A DNA stretch of 42,068 bases, from contig NC_057719.1 in NCBI RefSeq assembly GCF_004010195.1, positions 2,364,384-2,406,451 of the forward strand. The letters are read 5' to 3'. Below the pieces are notes generated by a model. The model ran no database searches and had not been told where the DNA came from. It was given only the letters and a program-made list of their open reading frames with translations. Each line of letters begins with the position of its first letter. Within the stretch, counting starts at the first letter, position 1. Made by a program: the position numbers and the translations under genes. Shown here one piece after another: positions 1-10,734 of the stretch. The stretch is from Chiloscyllium plagiosum. Taxonomy: Eukaryota.

Positions 1-105
1 TCTCTGTCACCTCCTCCAGCCCCTACACCCCCTCCCTATCTCTGTCACCTCCTCCAGCCCCTACACCCCCTCCCTATCTCTGTCACCTCATCCAGCCCAC
101 ACACC
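1..105. repeat. 38-bp tandem repeat (minisatellite), ~2.7 copies, truncated by window edge
   Basis: Unit TCTCTGTCACCTCCTCCAGCCCCTACACCCCCTCCCTA recurs at 1, 39 and 77. Confidence 0.9.
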
Positions 106-194
106 TCCCGGTGACCTGGAGAGTAGATAAGGAGGACAGTGACCAAGGAGCCCAGTTTGAAGGTGAGGAGAGAGAGAGGTTGAGAGGCAATTTA

Positions 195-420
195 AAGATT
201 TTATTTCTCATCCAGAGGGTGATGGATATCTGAAGGGGTGGTAAAGACAGGAAGGTTCAAGACATTTCAGAAATATTTGGATGAACATTTGAACCCCAGA
301 GTGATTCATAACGTTATGGGCCAAGTGTTGATAATGGGATTGGACCAGATGGATGTTTTGTGACTAGTGCTGCCATGATAGGCTGAGGGATCTTGTTGCC
401 ATGCTGTAAAACCTCTCTCA
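195..420 (+). mobile_element. Highly decayed CR1-type LINE 3' end
   Basis: Degenerate match to the CR1 3' region seen at 1140-1370 (CAGAGGGTG...TTGGATGAACATTTGA...TATGGGCCAAGTG...ATGGGATT). Confidence 0.55.
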
Positions 421-679
421 GTCTCAGTCTCAATCTCATCAAGTCTCATAGCTCCAGCCTCTTGAAATCCCTGATGTAAACCACTTTTAAATTAGGCAGC
501 TGCCTGGCCCCTAGATATTGCAATTCTTTCCCTAAATCTCTCTCTCTCACTGTCCTCCTTCCAAATTTTTCTTAATAGCCTCCCTCTAAACTCCTAATAC
601 CCTACAGTCTGAGTGCCAAATTACCTTTAACAACATGCAAGTGAGTCATATGGGATGTTTTACAGTGCTCACTTGAGAG

Positions 680-765
680 CAAAAATAAAGACAGAAAGTG
701 CTGGAGAAACTCAGCAGGTCGGGCTGCATCCGTGTGAGAGAGACAGAGTTCATGTTCCAGGTCAG
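680..765 (-). mobile_element. Penelope-like terminal-repeat fragment (family also at 4229 and 40550)
   Basis: ACAGAAAGTGCTGGAGAAACTCAGCAGGTC...GAGACAGAGTT is the reverse complement of the sequence downstream of the hammerhead-like core at 4250-4320. Confidence 0.7.
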
Positions 766-908
766 AGGTGGGGGTTGCTTGGGGATCTAACAGATACTGA
801 GCAAACCCGGAGGGACGGAGATGGGAGAGGTGGACAGTGGGGCAAGACTGGGATTAGGCTGGAGGACAGAAGCAACTCGGTGCAAAGGAGTTGGAAATAA
901 AAAGTGCA

Positions 909-1372
909 GATATTGCCAGGGTTGGAGGGTTTGAGCTACAGGGAGAGGCTGAACAGGCTGGGGCTGTTTTCCCTGGAGCGTTGGAGGCTGAGAGGTGACC
1001 TTATAGACGTTTACAAAATTATGAGGGGCATGGATAGGATAAATAGATAAAGTCTTTTCCCTGGGACTGGGGAGTCCAGAACTAGAGGGCATAGGTTTAG
1101 GGTGAGAGGGGAAAGATATAAAAAAGACCTAAGGGCCAACCTTTTCACGCAGAGGGTGGTACGTGTATGGAATGAGCTGCCAGAGGAAGTGGTGGAGGCT
1201 GGTACAATTGCAACATTTAAAAGGCATTTGGATGGGTATATGAATAGGAAGGGTTTGGAGGGATATGGGCCCGGTGCTGGCAGGTGGGACTAGATTGGGT
1301 TGGGATATCTGGTTGGCATGGACGGGTTGGACGAAGGGTCTGTTCCCGTGCTGTATATCTCTATGACTCTAT
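909..1372 (+). mobile_element. CR1/HER1-type LINE, 5'-truncated 3' fragment
   Basis: Encodes the ORF2 C-terminus (LPGLEGLSYRERLNRLGLFSLERWRLRGDL...FTQRVVRVWNELPEEVV) and ends in a CTCTATGACTCTAT microsatellite tail. Confidence 0.95.
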
Positions 1373-1384
1373 AATATTTTAACA

Positions 1385-1695
1385 CTTTCATGTGGATATC
1401 ACTGGCTGATTCAGCATTTATTGCCTTCCCTAATTGAGTGGCTAAGGGTCAACCGCATTTCTGTGGGTCTGGAGTCAGACCAGGTCAGGATAGCAGTCTC
1501 CCTCTCTGGAGAACATCAGTGACCCAGATGGGTTTTGTGACAGAGACAAAGACTCTGTGGTCATTGCTGGACAGTGTAGTGCAGATTTACAGTGACGCTA
1601 ATGTTTCACCATCTGCTGTAGTGGGACGTGAACCCAGAACATTACCTGGGCTGGTGGAACACTCGCTCACTGACAACACCATGAGGCCATTCTCT
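1385..1695 (-). mobile_element. tRNA-derived shark SINE whose 3' tail is shared with the second LINE family
   Basis: Homologous to 4955-5300 and 14310-14550. The tail resembles the LINE tail at 19500-19570. Confidence 0.75.
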
Positions 1696-1754
1696 TTACT
1701 CACTGTCGAAAGCAAGAGCTGGGTTGAAAAGCTGTGGTCTGTGTTATAGAAGGA

Positions 1755-1850
1755 ACCTGGTGAAGAGTTTATGCCTGAAACATCGACTCTCCTGCTCCTC
1801 GGATGCTGCCTGACCCAGTGTGCTTTTCCAGCACCACACTCTTTAACTGA
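1755..1850 (+). mobile_element. Penelope-like terminal repeat with degenerate hammerhead core
   Basis: CTGGTGAAGAGTTTATGCCTGAAACATCGACTCTCCTGCTCCTCGGATGCTGCCTGACC is homologous to 41667-41755 and 7233-7348. Confidence 0.75.
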
Positions 1851-2337
1851 AAACACATTTAATCACTCTCCCATGCAGTTGTTTGGGAATTGACTGTAAG
1901 TTCTGAGAAAGGTGACTGTATTTCTTCCCGTTAATTTTAGTAGGAATCCTGGATGGTTTTCCGACTCCAACTGACATTATCCCTGGAAATGTCAGCTCAC
2001 TCCTCGATGTTCCATCCACTCCCAGATTTCTGCCAGCGCCATGGAGGGGGGAGGGGGGAGTGTTAGGGAGCAGTGGAGGAGGGTCTCCTGAGCCAGAGAT
2101 CGTCTGCTCCAGCCACCTTCATTTCATTTCTCATTTTCTTTGTGCACCATCACTTACCGGTGGTCCTGAGATTGGACAGTAATGGTGGCAGTGAGAGGGC
2201 ACCATGGACTTTGATGGAGGCAGGGGGGGAGTGAGCCCAGTGTGGGGGAATGAGGGTGGGGAGAGTGAGCCCTTGCTTAGTTTTCCAGGTCAAGCAGTGG
2301 ACGTGACATTGGAATCAGAGACCTCTTTGTCAATGGA

Positions 2338-2740
2338 GATGACATCACTAGGCCTAGCGCAGTATGATGACATCACTAGGCCCAGCGCAGTATGATGACA
2401 TCACTAGGCCCAGCGCAGCACGATGAGATCATTAGGCCCAGCGCAGTATGATGACATTGCTAGGTCCAGCGCAGACTGATGCCTTCACTAGGCCCAGCAT
2501 GGTGTGATGACATCACTAGGCCCAGCGCAGACTGGTGACATTGCTAGGCCCAGCGCAGTATGATGAGATCATTAAGCCCAGCGCAGTATGATGACATTGC
2601 TAGGCCCAGCGCAGACTGATGACATCGCTAGGCCCAGCATGTATGATGACATCGCTAGGCCCAGCGCAGTATGATGACATTGCTAGGTGCTAGGTCCAGG
2701 GTGATATGATGACATTGCTAGGCCCAGCGTGGTATGATGT
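2338..2740. repeat. 28-bp minisatellite, ~14 copies
   Basis: Unit TATGATGACATCACTAGGCCCAGCGCAG repeats with period 27-29. Confidence 0.95.
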
Positions 2741-2779
2741 TGGTGGATCTGGTACAGGTGGTGGTGAGGTTGTTGCGGA

Positions 2780-3055
2780 GGAGGGTCAGCCCATCGGCAA
2801 AGATGGTGTCTGAGATTTGGCGATATCGATGATGGTTGGGTCTGGTGTAAATGGCAGGAAGTGGGTGGAGAAGGGAGGGTGTTGCTAACAGTGATGAGCT
2901 GGCTCAGGACTGACAGACCCTCTTTAAACTATAACCTTCTATTATTTTCCTAATCCTTAAATTATTCAAAATGGTGCCAAATCGTGGTGATAAGTGAAAG
3001 CTTTTCACTATATTTTATTGTTTTTTACCATAAAATACACATGACAATAAAATCA
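2780..3055 (+). mobile_element. Short non-coding interspersed element with Rex1-like 3' terminus (copy A)
   Basis: Its reverse complement aligns to 33960-34152 plus 37515-37592. It ends AAAGCTTTTCACT...TACACATGACAATAAA, like the Rex1 3' end at 29410-29450. Confidence 0.65.
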
Positions 3056-3496
3056 TTGGTTCATGCTCTGCCTATTGGCAAGTGAGGGTCTCTGTTATCA
3101 TTTAAAACGTAGGCTTTCGCTTGTCTACTGAACGTTAAACTTTCATTGATGTTGACCTCAGGAGCATCCCGGAGAGCTGAGAGAGAACATGGTTGAGCCA
3201 TTTTCTGTTGCAAGGCAGTTATGGGATGCCTTGCCAACAACTAACAAAAACTCCGTCCAATTCCTTTCAGCTGCCAAGTCTCCGTTTATTAGGTACACCA
3301 GTCCAAACACGTCCAGCTGGAACTTTAAATATAAACTCTCAGCAATTTCAGATCAAACTTCTAGTTCAGCAGCAGTTTGTGGCATCCCCGGGAATTATCT
3401 CTAACTTTGTGGCCGTACCTCACTCGCTGTGTTGTTTGTTCTTCATTAATGGTGAAGGAATTTCCCCCGCAGTGTGACCCTGAAGCCCCACAACCA

Positions 3497-4227
3497 GAAC
3501 ATAGAACATAGAACAATACAGCACAGAACAGGCCCTTCGGCCCACGACATTGTGCCGAACATTTGTCCTAGATTAAGTACCCATCCATGTACCTATCCAA
3601 TTGCCACTGAAAGGTCACCAAAGATTCTGACTCTACCACTCCCACAGCAGCACATTCCATGCCCCCACCACTCTCTGGGTAAAGAACCTACCCCTGACAT
3701 CTCCCCTATACCTTCCACCCTTCACCTTAAATTTATGTCCCCTTGTAACACTCTGTTGTACCCGGGGAAAAAAGTTATACTCCATAGGCCTTCTTACAAA
3801 CTCTATCCACCTGAGTGGCAACCTTCAAAGATCTATGTACATAGACCCCAAGATCCCTCTGTTCTTCCACCTCACTAAGAACCCTACCGTTAACCCTGTA
3901 TTCCGCATTCTTATTTGTCTTTCCAAAATGGTCAACCTCACACTTGGCAGGGTTGAACTCCATCTGCCATTCCTCAGCCCAGCTCTGCATCATATCCAAG
4001 TCCCTTTGCAGCCAACAAGAGCCCTCCTCACTATCCACAACTCCACCAATCTTTGTATCATCTGCAAATTTACTGACCCACCCTTCAACTCCCTCATCCA
4101 AGTCATTAATAAAAATTACGAACAGCAGAGGACCCAGAACTGATCCCTGCGGAACTCCACTTGTAACTGGGCTCCAGGCTGAATATTTACCATCTACCAC
4201 CACTCTCTGACTTCGACCGGTTAGCCA
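3497..4227 (-). mobile_element. CR1-type LINE RT fragment with internal deletions
   Basis: ORF 3775-4245 contains [14 protein letters not shown] and FADDTK RT motifs. (GTTCTAT)n tail at 3497-3515. Confidence 0.95.
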
Positions 4228-4228
4228 G

Positions 4229-4325
4229 AGCTGAGGAAGGGCCACCGAAACGTTAACTCTGATTTCTCTTCACAGATGCTGCCAGACCTGCTGAGCTTTT
4301 CCAGCAACTTCAGTTTTTGTTTCTA
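4229..4325 (+). mobile_element. Penelope-like terminal repeat with hammerhead-like core
   Basis: CTGAGGA-AGGGCCACC-GAAA-CGTT-AACT, followed by the same downstream sequence as the Penelope 3' end at 40554-40670. Confidence 0.8.
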
Positions 4326-4954
4326 TGTGTACCTTCTGCTCGGTTTGGAAAAGTGAACATGCCCCACTTCATCAGGAATACCTTCCCTTTTGACATTGCT
4401 TTTGACTGCCCTTTTAGGAACATCCCCAATGTTTCTGGTAATTTTTATTTCGCCTCCCCTCAGTCACACTCCGTGCCCAGCTAAATAAATATAGGAGTGG
4501 CTGACATTGTCAGGAATTAGCTGCATGGGCGGTCAAAAGACTTCTGGAATTTCTCTCTTGCTTGTTCTTGCAGAACTGCTTTGCTCGAGTAGAGAATCCT
4601 GGAGGTTCCCCCACACTATGCACGTTGTCTGAATCTGGGTTTTACACAGCCCCCTCATCATTCGAAGGTAATAAGAGCACAGCGACAGGGGGAGGCCATT
4701 CTCCATCGATTCTGTCCTATATTCATCTCATCAACACTACTTTGCCGCATCATCTCACTTCCTGTTCATCTCCATAAATCGATCAATTTCTGTCCTGAAC
4801 CCACTCTATGACAGAGCTTCCTTGGTCGTAGAGAACTCGGGGGTTTCACCAGCCTCTGAAGAAATTCTCCCTGATCTCAGTCTTAAACAGCTTACCCCTT
4901 ACACTGAGATTATACTGTAATCCTGATCCTAGAATCACAAGCTGGGGCCACGTT

Positions 4955-5300
4955 TCTTTTTAATTCTTCGGGAAGAGGGTGTCACTGGCCGGGCCAACGA
5001 TTATCGCCCATCCCTAATTGTCCAGATGGCTGATAAGAGTCAACCACATTGCTGTAGGTCTGGAGTCACATGTAGGCCAGAGCAGGTAAGGATGCCAGTT
5101 TCCCTCCCTGAGGAGCGTTAGTGAACCAGATGGGTTTTTCCAACAATCCATAATAGTTTCAGGATCATCATTAGACTCTTAATTCCAGATTTTAGTGAGT
5201 TCAAATTACACCATCGGTCGTGGCTGGATTCGAGCCAACATCCCCAGAACGTTACCTGGATCAACAGTGTGGAGATAGTACCACTAGACCATCACCTTCC
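4955..5300 (-). mobile_element. tRNA-derived shark SINE, near full length
   Basis: tRNA-like head at ~5220-5300, with body and tail homologous to 1385-1695 and 14310-14550. Confidence 0.8.
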
Positions 5301-5633
5301 CTGGTTGTAATGTCAGTTACATCCTCCATCATGTCCTTTGGGAGTTTTGTAATTCTCTGTGGATTGCTGCTCGTTCTTTCAGTCTCTGGAATACAGATCC
5401 AATCTCCTCAATCTCTTCACACAAAACCATCCCAAGATTTAACTGCAGCGTGGCCTCTGTGGTTAGTAAATGTTGCCATCAATTCAGAGTCCAAAACTGT
5501 CCATAACACTCCCAGCGCATTCTCACCAAGACGCTACGCAGCTGCAGCAAGACCTCTTTACCCCTGAACTCAAATGTTGTGGTAGTGAGGGGCAACATAC
5601 CACTTGTTTTATGAATTGCCCTGAGGTTGTGAT

Positions 5634-6412
5634 GTATAAATGTGAGGTGATGCACTTTGGGAAGAATAACAGGAAGGCAGAGTACTGGGTCAATGGAAAG
5701 ATTCTTGGTAGTGTGGATGTGCAGAGGGATCTTGGAGTCCATGTGCATAGATCCCTGAAAGTTGCCACCCAGGTTTATAGTTCTGTTAAGAAGGCATACG
5801 GTGTGTTAGGTTTCATTGGTAGAGGGATTGAGTCCCGGAGCCACAATATCACGCTGCAACTATACAAAACACTAGTGCGGTCACACTTGGAATATTGTGT
5901 ACAGTTTTGCTCGCCATATTTCGGGAAGGATGTGGAAGCATTGGAAAAGTGCAGAGGAGATTTACCAGGATGTTGCCTGGTCTGGAGGGAAGGTCTTATG
6001 AGGAAAGACTGAGAGACTTGAACCTGTTCTCATTGGAAAGAAGGCGGCTAAGAGGGGATTTGATTGAGACATTCAAGATGATCAGAGGATTAGATAGGAT
6101 AGACAGTGGAAGTCTTTTTCCTAGGATGATGATGTCAGCATGTACGAGGGACATAACTACAAATTGAGGGGTGATATATTTAAGACAGATGTCAGAGGCA
6201 GGTTCTTTACTCAGGGAGTGGTAAGGGTGTGGAACGCCCTACCTGCTGATGTAGTCAACTCAGTCGCAATAGGGAGATTTAAACAGTCCTTAGATAAGCA
6301 CATGGATGATGATGGGATAGTGCAGGGGGATGAGCTGAGAATAGTTCACAGGTCGGCACAACATCGAGGGCGGATGGGCCTGTTCTGTGCTGTATTGTTC
6401 TATGATCTATAG
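5634..6412 (+). mobile_element. CR1-type LINE 3' fragment
   Basis: KCEVMHFGKNN...HLEYCVQF...LFSLERRRLRGDL...FFTQGVVRVWNALP, frameshifted, with a GTTCTAT tail. Confidence 0.95.
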
Positions 6413-6594
6413 ACAAAGACACATAGGTCCTTTTGGAATCCTATTTTAGTTCCCCTCTAACTGGGGGAGTTAGCGTCAAAGTATCTATTATGTTAAAGCC
6501 TCTCAACATTGAAATTTCAATGAGATCAACTCTCACCCTTCTAAACTCCAATCTACCCAACCTTGCTCCCTGTTGCCAGTCTATAAGGTCATTA

Positions 6595-6735
6595 AATTTG
6601 GGATAGAATTAGGCCATTCGGTCATTCAGTCCTTTGACTCTGCTTCACCATTTGATTCTGGCTGTTATGTTTCTCAAACTCATTCTCCTTCCTTCTCTCC
6701 TTAACCCTCGATCCCCTTCCCAACGAAGAACCAGC
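6595..6735 (-). mobile_element. CR1-type LINE 3' tail fragment
   Basis: Homologous to the CR1 tails at 8995-9130 and 38250-38400. Confidence 0.6.
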
Positions 6736-7193
6736 CCCCTTCCCAGTTCTCTGCAGACCTGGGGATGTGTGGTACACGGCTGTCACCATCCGGGACTCTC
6801 GTTGAGTGCCGTCTGCGGTAGGAGTTGAGTGAGTGGGAGCTCTGGCTCTGGGTTGTGCTGATGTTTGCGGATGGGTTGGAGGTGAGGCCTCTGTTCGTGT
6901 CGGGCTTCGGCTGACAACCAGTAACTGGCTGGTCTGTGGATGAGTCATCAGTTAACAAGGCCTTCTGCCTGGCAACAGCCGAATGATTGGCTGAACAGCT
7001 TAAGGTGTGAATGTTCAGGTGAGAAACCACTGGATCTCTGGCCAAGAAGGGGGTATTATTACTCTTCAGCAAGGGAGATCTGAAGGAAGGAAGCAGCCAG
7101 GCTATTGCCCCTCAGTAGTTACTGTACACTCTCTTCTCTAATTGATAACGCAAAGATCTTTATAAACATGAATCAGACACCCTGTTCTCCCTG

Positions 7194-7348
7194 GAACAGC
7201 GCAGCAGGTCAGGCAGCATCCAAGGAACAGGAGGGCTCATGCCCGAAACGTCGATTCTCCTGCTCCTTGGATGCTGCCTGACCTGCTGCGGTTTTCCACC
7301 AACACATTTTCAGCTCTGATCTCCAGCATCTGCAGCCCTCACTTTCTC
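7194..7348. mobile_element. Fold-back Penelope-like mini-insertion with 16-bp TSD
   Basis: Inverted arms CGCAGCAGGTCAGGCAGCATCCAAGGAACAGGAG / CTCCTGCTCCTTGGATGCTGCCTGACCTGCTGCG, flanked by CACCCTGTTCTCCCTG (7178-7193) and CACCCTGTTCTTCCTG (7349-7364). Confidence 0.85.
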
Positions 7349-7467
7349 CACCCTGTTCTTCCTGTAAAGCAATGGAAGTATGTGGAGAGTAAAGAGTGAG
7401 AAGCAGCTTTCTGATCATTTAAACAATTATCTCAGCAAATCCTGTGGACAGGGGCCACAGCCCATTG

Positions 7468-8270
7468 TTTGGGCTGCAAGGTGGCAAATGGAGTTCAATG
7501 TCGATAAACGAGAGGTGATGCACTTTGGGAAGAATAATAGGAAGGCAGGGTACTGGGTCAGTGGAAAGATTCTTGGTAGTGTAGATGTGCAGAGGGATCT
7601 TGGTGTCCATGTGCATAGATCCCTGAAAGTTGCCACCCAGGTGGATAGTGCTGTTAAGAAGGCATACAGTATGTTAATTGGTAGAGGGATTGAGTTCCAG
7701 AGCCACCGTACCATGCTGTAACTATACAAAATACTGGTGCGGCCACACTTGGAATATTGTGTACAGTTCTGGTTGCCATATTTTGGGAAGGATGTGGAAG
7801 CATTGGAAAAGGTGCAGAGGAGATTTACCAGAATGTTGCCTGGTCTGGAGGGAAGGTCTTATGAGGAAAGGATGAGAGACTTGGGTCTGTTCTCATTGGA
7901 GAGAAGAAGGCTAAGAGGGGATTTGATAGAGACATACAAGATGATCAGAGGATTAGATAGGATAGACAGTGAAAGTCTTTTTCCTAGGATGATGATGTCA
8001 GCATGTACGAGGGGGCTTAACTACAAATTGAGGGGTGATAGATTTAAGACAGATGTTTTTTACTCAGGGAGTGCTAAGGGCGTTGAATGCCCTACCTGCT
8101 AATGTAGTCAACTCAGCCACATTAGGGAGATTTAAACAATCCTTGGATAAGCACATGGATGATGATGGGATAGTGTAGGGGGATGAGCTTAGATTAGTTC
8201 ACAGGTCAGCGCAACATTGAGGGCCGAAGGGCCTGTTCTGCGCTGTATTGTTCTATGTTCTATGTTCTAC
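7468..8270 (+). mobile_element. CR1-type LINE 3' fragment (same subfamily as 5634-6412)
   Basis: WQMEFNVDKREVMHFG...HLEYCVQFW...; ends GTTCTATGTTCTATGTTCTA. Confidence 0.95.
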
Positions 8271-8799
8271 ATTCAATGATCTAAACAGGGGATCTGTAAG
8301 TGGATCATCTCTGGACTGAGGATCCACAGGCAATGGGATCATTAAATTGGGAATCTATCAACCTGAGATAGACGGCCTGTTGACCTATAATCTGGGGATC
8401 TACTAATTGGGGATTGGCTCTGGTGCTCATAAGAACTGTGAAGACAACAGAATGGATCAAGCTTCACTCCTGATCACCCCCCTCCCTCTGAGATCAGGAT
8501 CATGGTAATCATCACAGAGAGAGATTGGCGGAGGGACCTGTGATTAGATTGATTAGCTTCCTGCCTGATGTGGGATAGGATCAGAGGGGTGATAACAGCA
8601 GCTACAGTCAGGCTTGTGTGATTTACTAAATGAGCAACAAGGGAGCTCCCTGTTTATTTTAGAATCTATATCTTGCATGTGATTTGAGGGGTGACTCAGT
8701 TCCTGTGTCTGAAGTTGAAAACAAAGGTTTTTGTCAATAAACAAGATGCAAAAACTGCCTTATGTACGAGCAAACTGCTACAGCCTCAGGAGATCAGAG

Positions 8800-8970
8800 A
8801 CACACACAGACAGAATACTGCAGAAAGGTAACAGGGCTGGCAGGCAGGTCCTGAGGACAGAGGAACACAGTTACTGCTTTGAGTCCAATCTAGCTGTTCC
8901 TCAACAAAAGGTCCGTTCAGATTTGAAATCCCCAGATGCTCCCTGACCTGCTGAGTTTCTCGAGAAATCC
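8800..8970. mobile_element. Degenerate fold-back Penelope-like terminal repeat
   Basis: A decayed minus arm (ACAGAATACTGCAGAAAG...GGCTGGCAG) is followed by a plus arm CAGATGCTCCCTGACCTGCTGAGTTTCTC. Confidence 0.5.
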
Positions 8971-8994
8971 CTTTAACACCAGAGAAAAAAACAG

Positions 8995-9640
8995 AAATAG
9001 GCCATTCAGCCCATCAGGTCTGACCCACCAGTGAATGAGATTGTGACTGATCTGATCATCTTCAACCCCACTCTCCTGCCTTCCCCCCCCCCCAACCCTC
9101 GATTCCCTTCCTGACTACAAACTTCTCTCTCTCTCTCAGCCTTGAATATCCTGAACGCCCCCGACTCGACAGCCCCCTGTGGGAAAGAATTCCATGGATT
9201 CACTCCCCTCGGAGAGAAGACATTCCTCCTCATCCCTGTCTTATTTGGGCGACACTTTATTCTGAGATGATGTCCCCCTGGTCCCAGACTCTCCCACACA
9301 AGGGGAGACATCCTCTCCACATCTCCCCTGTCACATCCCCTCAGAATCGTGTCTGTTTCAATCAGGTCACCTCTCATCCTTCTAAACTCCAGTGAGTACA
9401 GGCCCAACCTACTCAACCTCTATCCCATGAGACAGTCCCAACATCCCCGGGATCAGCTGAGTGAACTTTCTCCAGACTGTCCTCAATGCCAGTCGATTTT
9501 TCTGTAGGTAAAGGGCCCAAAAAGCTTCACAGCTGTGGTCTGACCAGTGCCTTGGACAATTTTAGCAAGACCTCCCTATTTTCACATTCCATTCTATTTG
9601 GAATAAAAGCCCCCAGTGCCTTTGAGCTTCCGGCTGAACA
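8995..9640 (-). mobile_element. CR1-type LINE 3' fragment
   Basis: ORF 9006-9416 reads RLGLYSLEFRRMRGDLIET...WNSFPQGAV. Confidence 0.9.
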
Positions 9641-9849
9641 TGTGGGTGGGACTGAATGTCCCCTTTCTCATTAACCATGGGTGGATGGCGGGTTGCTCTG
9701 TGCTGCCACCTATTGACTCATGTTTTGATCTGAGCAGCTGCCTCCTGTTTACAGGGAGTCCCCATCCCCCTCCTCAACACGATGTTGAAGAACAGCCGGG
9801 CTAGGCTGCCCAGACCACCCCCCCCCGCCCCCAACCAATCACCCCCAAG

Positions 9850-10095
9850 TCGCTTAGGGAGTGCTGCTTTACTGGATGTGCTCTCTCCTGGATTAGACAC
9901 AAATTAGAGGTTCTGTGGTCACCATTTCCTCCCATTGTCATGGTCACATCATTTATCCTTCATTCGACACTCTGAAAAGCTGGTCGTTCTCACAGTGCTG
10001 CTTGTGGGAGCTTGCTGTGCCAAAATTGACAGCTGTATTTCCTACATTACATCAGGCACTACGCTGACAGATGGATTTCTATGGCTGTCAAATGA
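9850..10095 (+). mobile_element. Decayed DeuSINE (SacSINE1/AmnSINE1-like) fragment
   Basis: TGCTGCTTGTGGGAGCTTGCTGTGCCAAAATTGACAGCTGTATTTCCTACATTACA resembles the Deu domain; homologous to 27270-27465. Confidence 0.65.
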
Positions 10096-10430
10096 TTTAA
10101 CATCTCCATCTGCACAATCCACCCCAGCTTCACAACCTTCCATGCATTCCTCTATTTCTACCCTTTTCCCACCACACCCCCCACCCCCAATTATAATCAT
10201 TACATGGTACTGCCTTATTCCTAAATTCTGGAATTCCCTTCAGAAATCTCTCCGTCTCTCTTTCCTCGCTAAATTACCCTCTTCGAAATCTTGCCTCACC
10301 TGTCTTAACATCTTATGACTATTGGTGTCGCTCCTTATATTAAAGAGGTCCTGCAAAATTTTATTACTTCAAGAGCGCTCTATAAATGTAAGTTGTTGTT
10401 GTGATCCCTGCTCAGCGTAGTTGTGAGGTG

Positions 10431-10511
10431 GTGCCAGCAGATGGCACTATTGATACACATTTGTCAATGGTGGTGCTGCAGCGGCACCTTCTGGTATGAA
10501 GCAGTATTGCA
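10431..10511. promoter_or_regulatory. Candidate convergent CTCF motif pair
   Basis: Plus strand GTGCCAGCAGATGGCACTA (10431-10449). Minus strand TGCAATACT-N5-ATACCAGAAGGTGCCGCTG (10511-10479), i.e. core plus upstream motif. Confidence 0.5.
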
Positions 10512-10734
10512 GAGTGCAGGAAATTCGGGAGAAAACTTAACATCAAGGAAAAGTAGGAAATAATGGGAATTACGGCCAGATTCAGAGTCTCCTGCCGCAG
10601 TCAAACAAAAGGATTTCTCATGGAGCTGACAAGTGATAGGAAGAGGAATCCTGGGCATTGAGTCCAATTGAACATTGTTGACTGTGCCACTGTGACACCA
10701 TGGGGTTCATAGCCCACACTAACACTCCACCTCA

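Noticed and set aside
2338..2740. 28-bp repeats as a CRISPR-like array
   Set aside because: The units are head-to-tail with no unique spacers, the context is eukaryotic, and there are no cas genes.
5634..8270. Two highly similar CR1 copies as a tandem segmental duplication
   Set aside because: The 5' truncation points differ and the flanks are unrelated; independent insertions of one subfamily are more likely.
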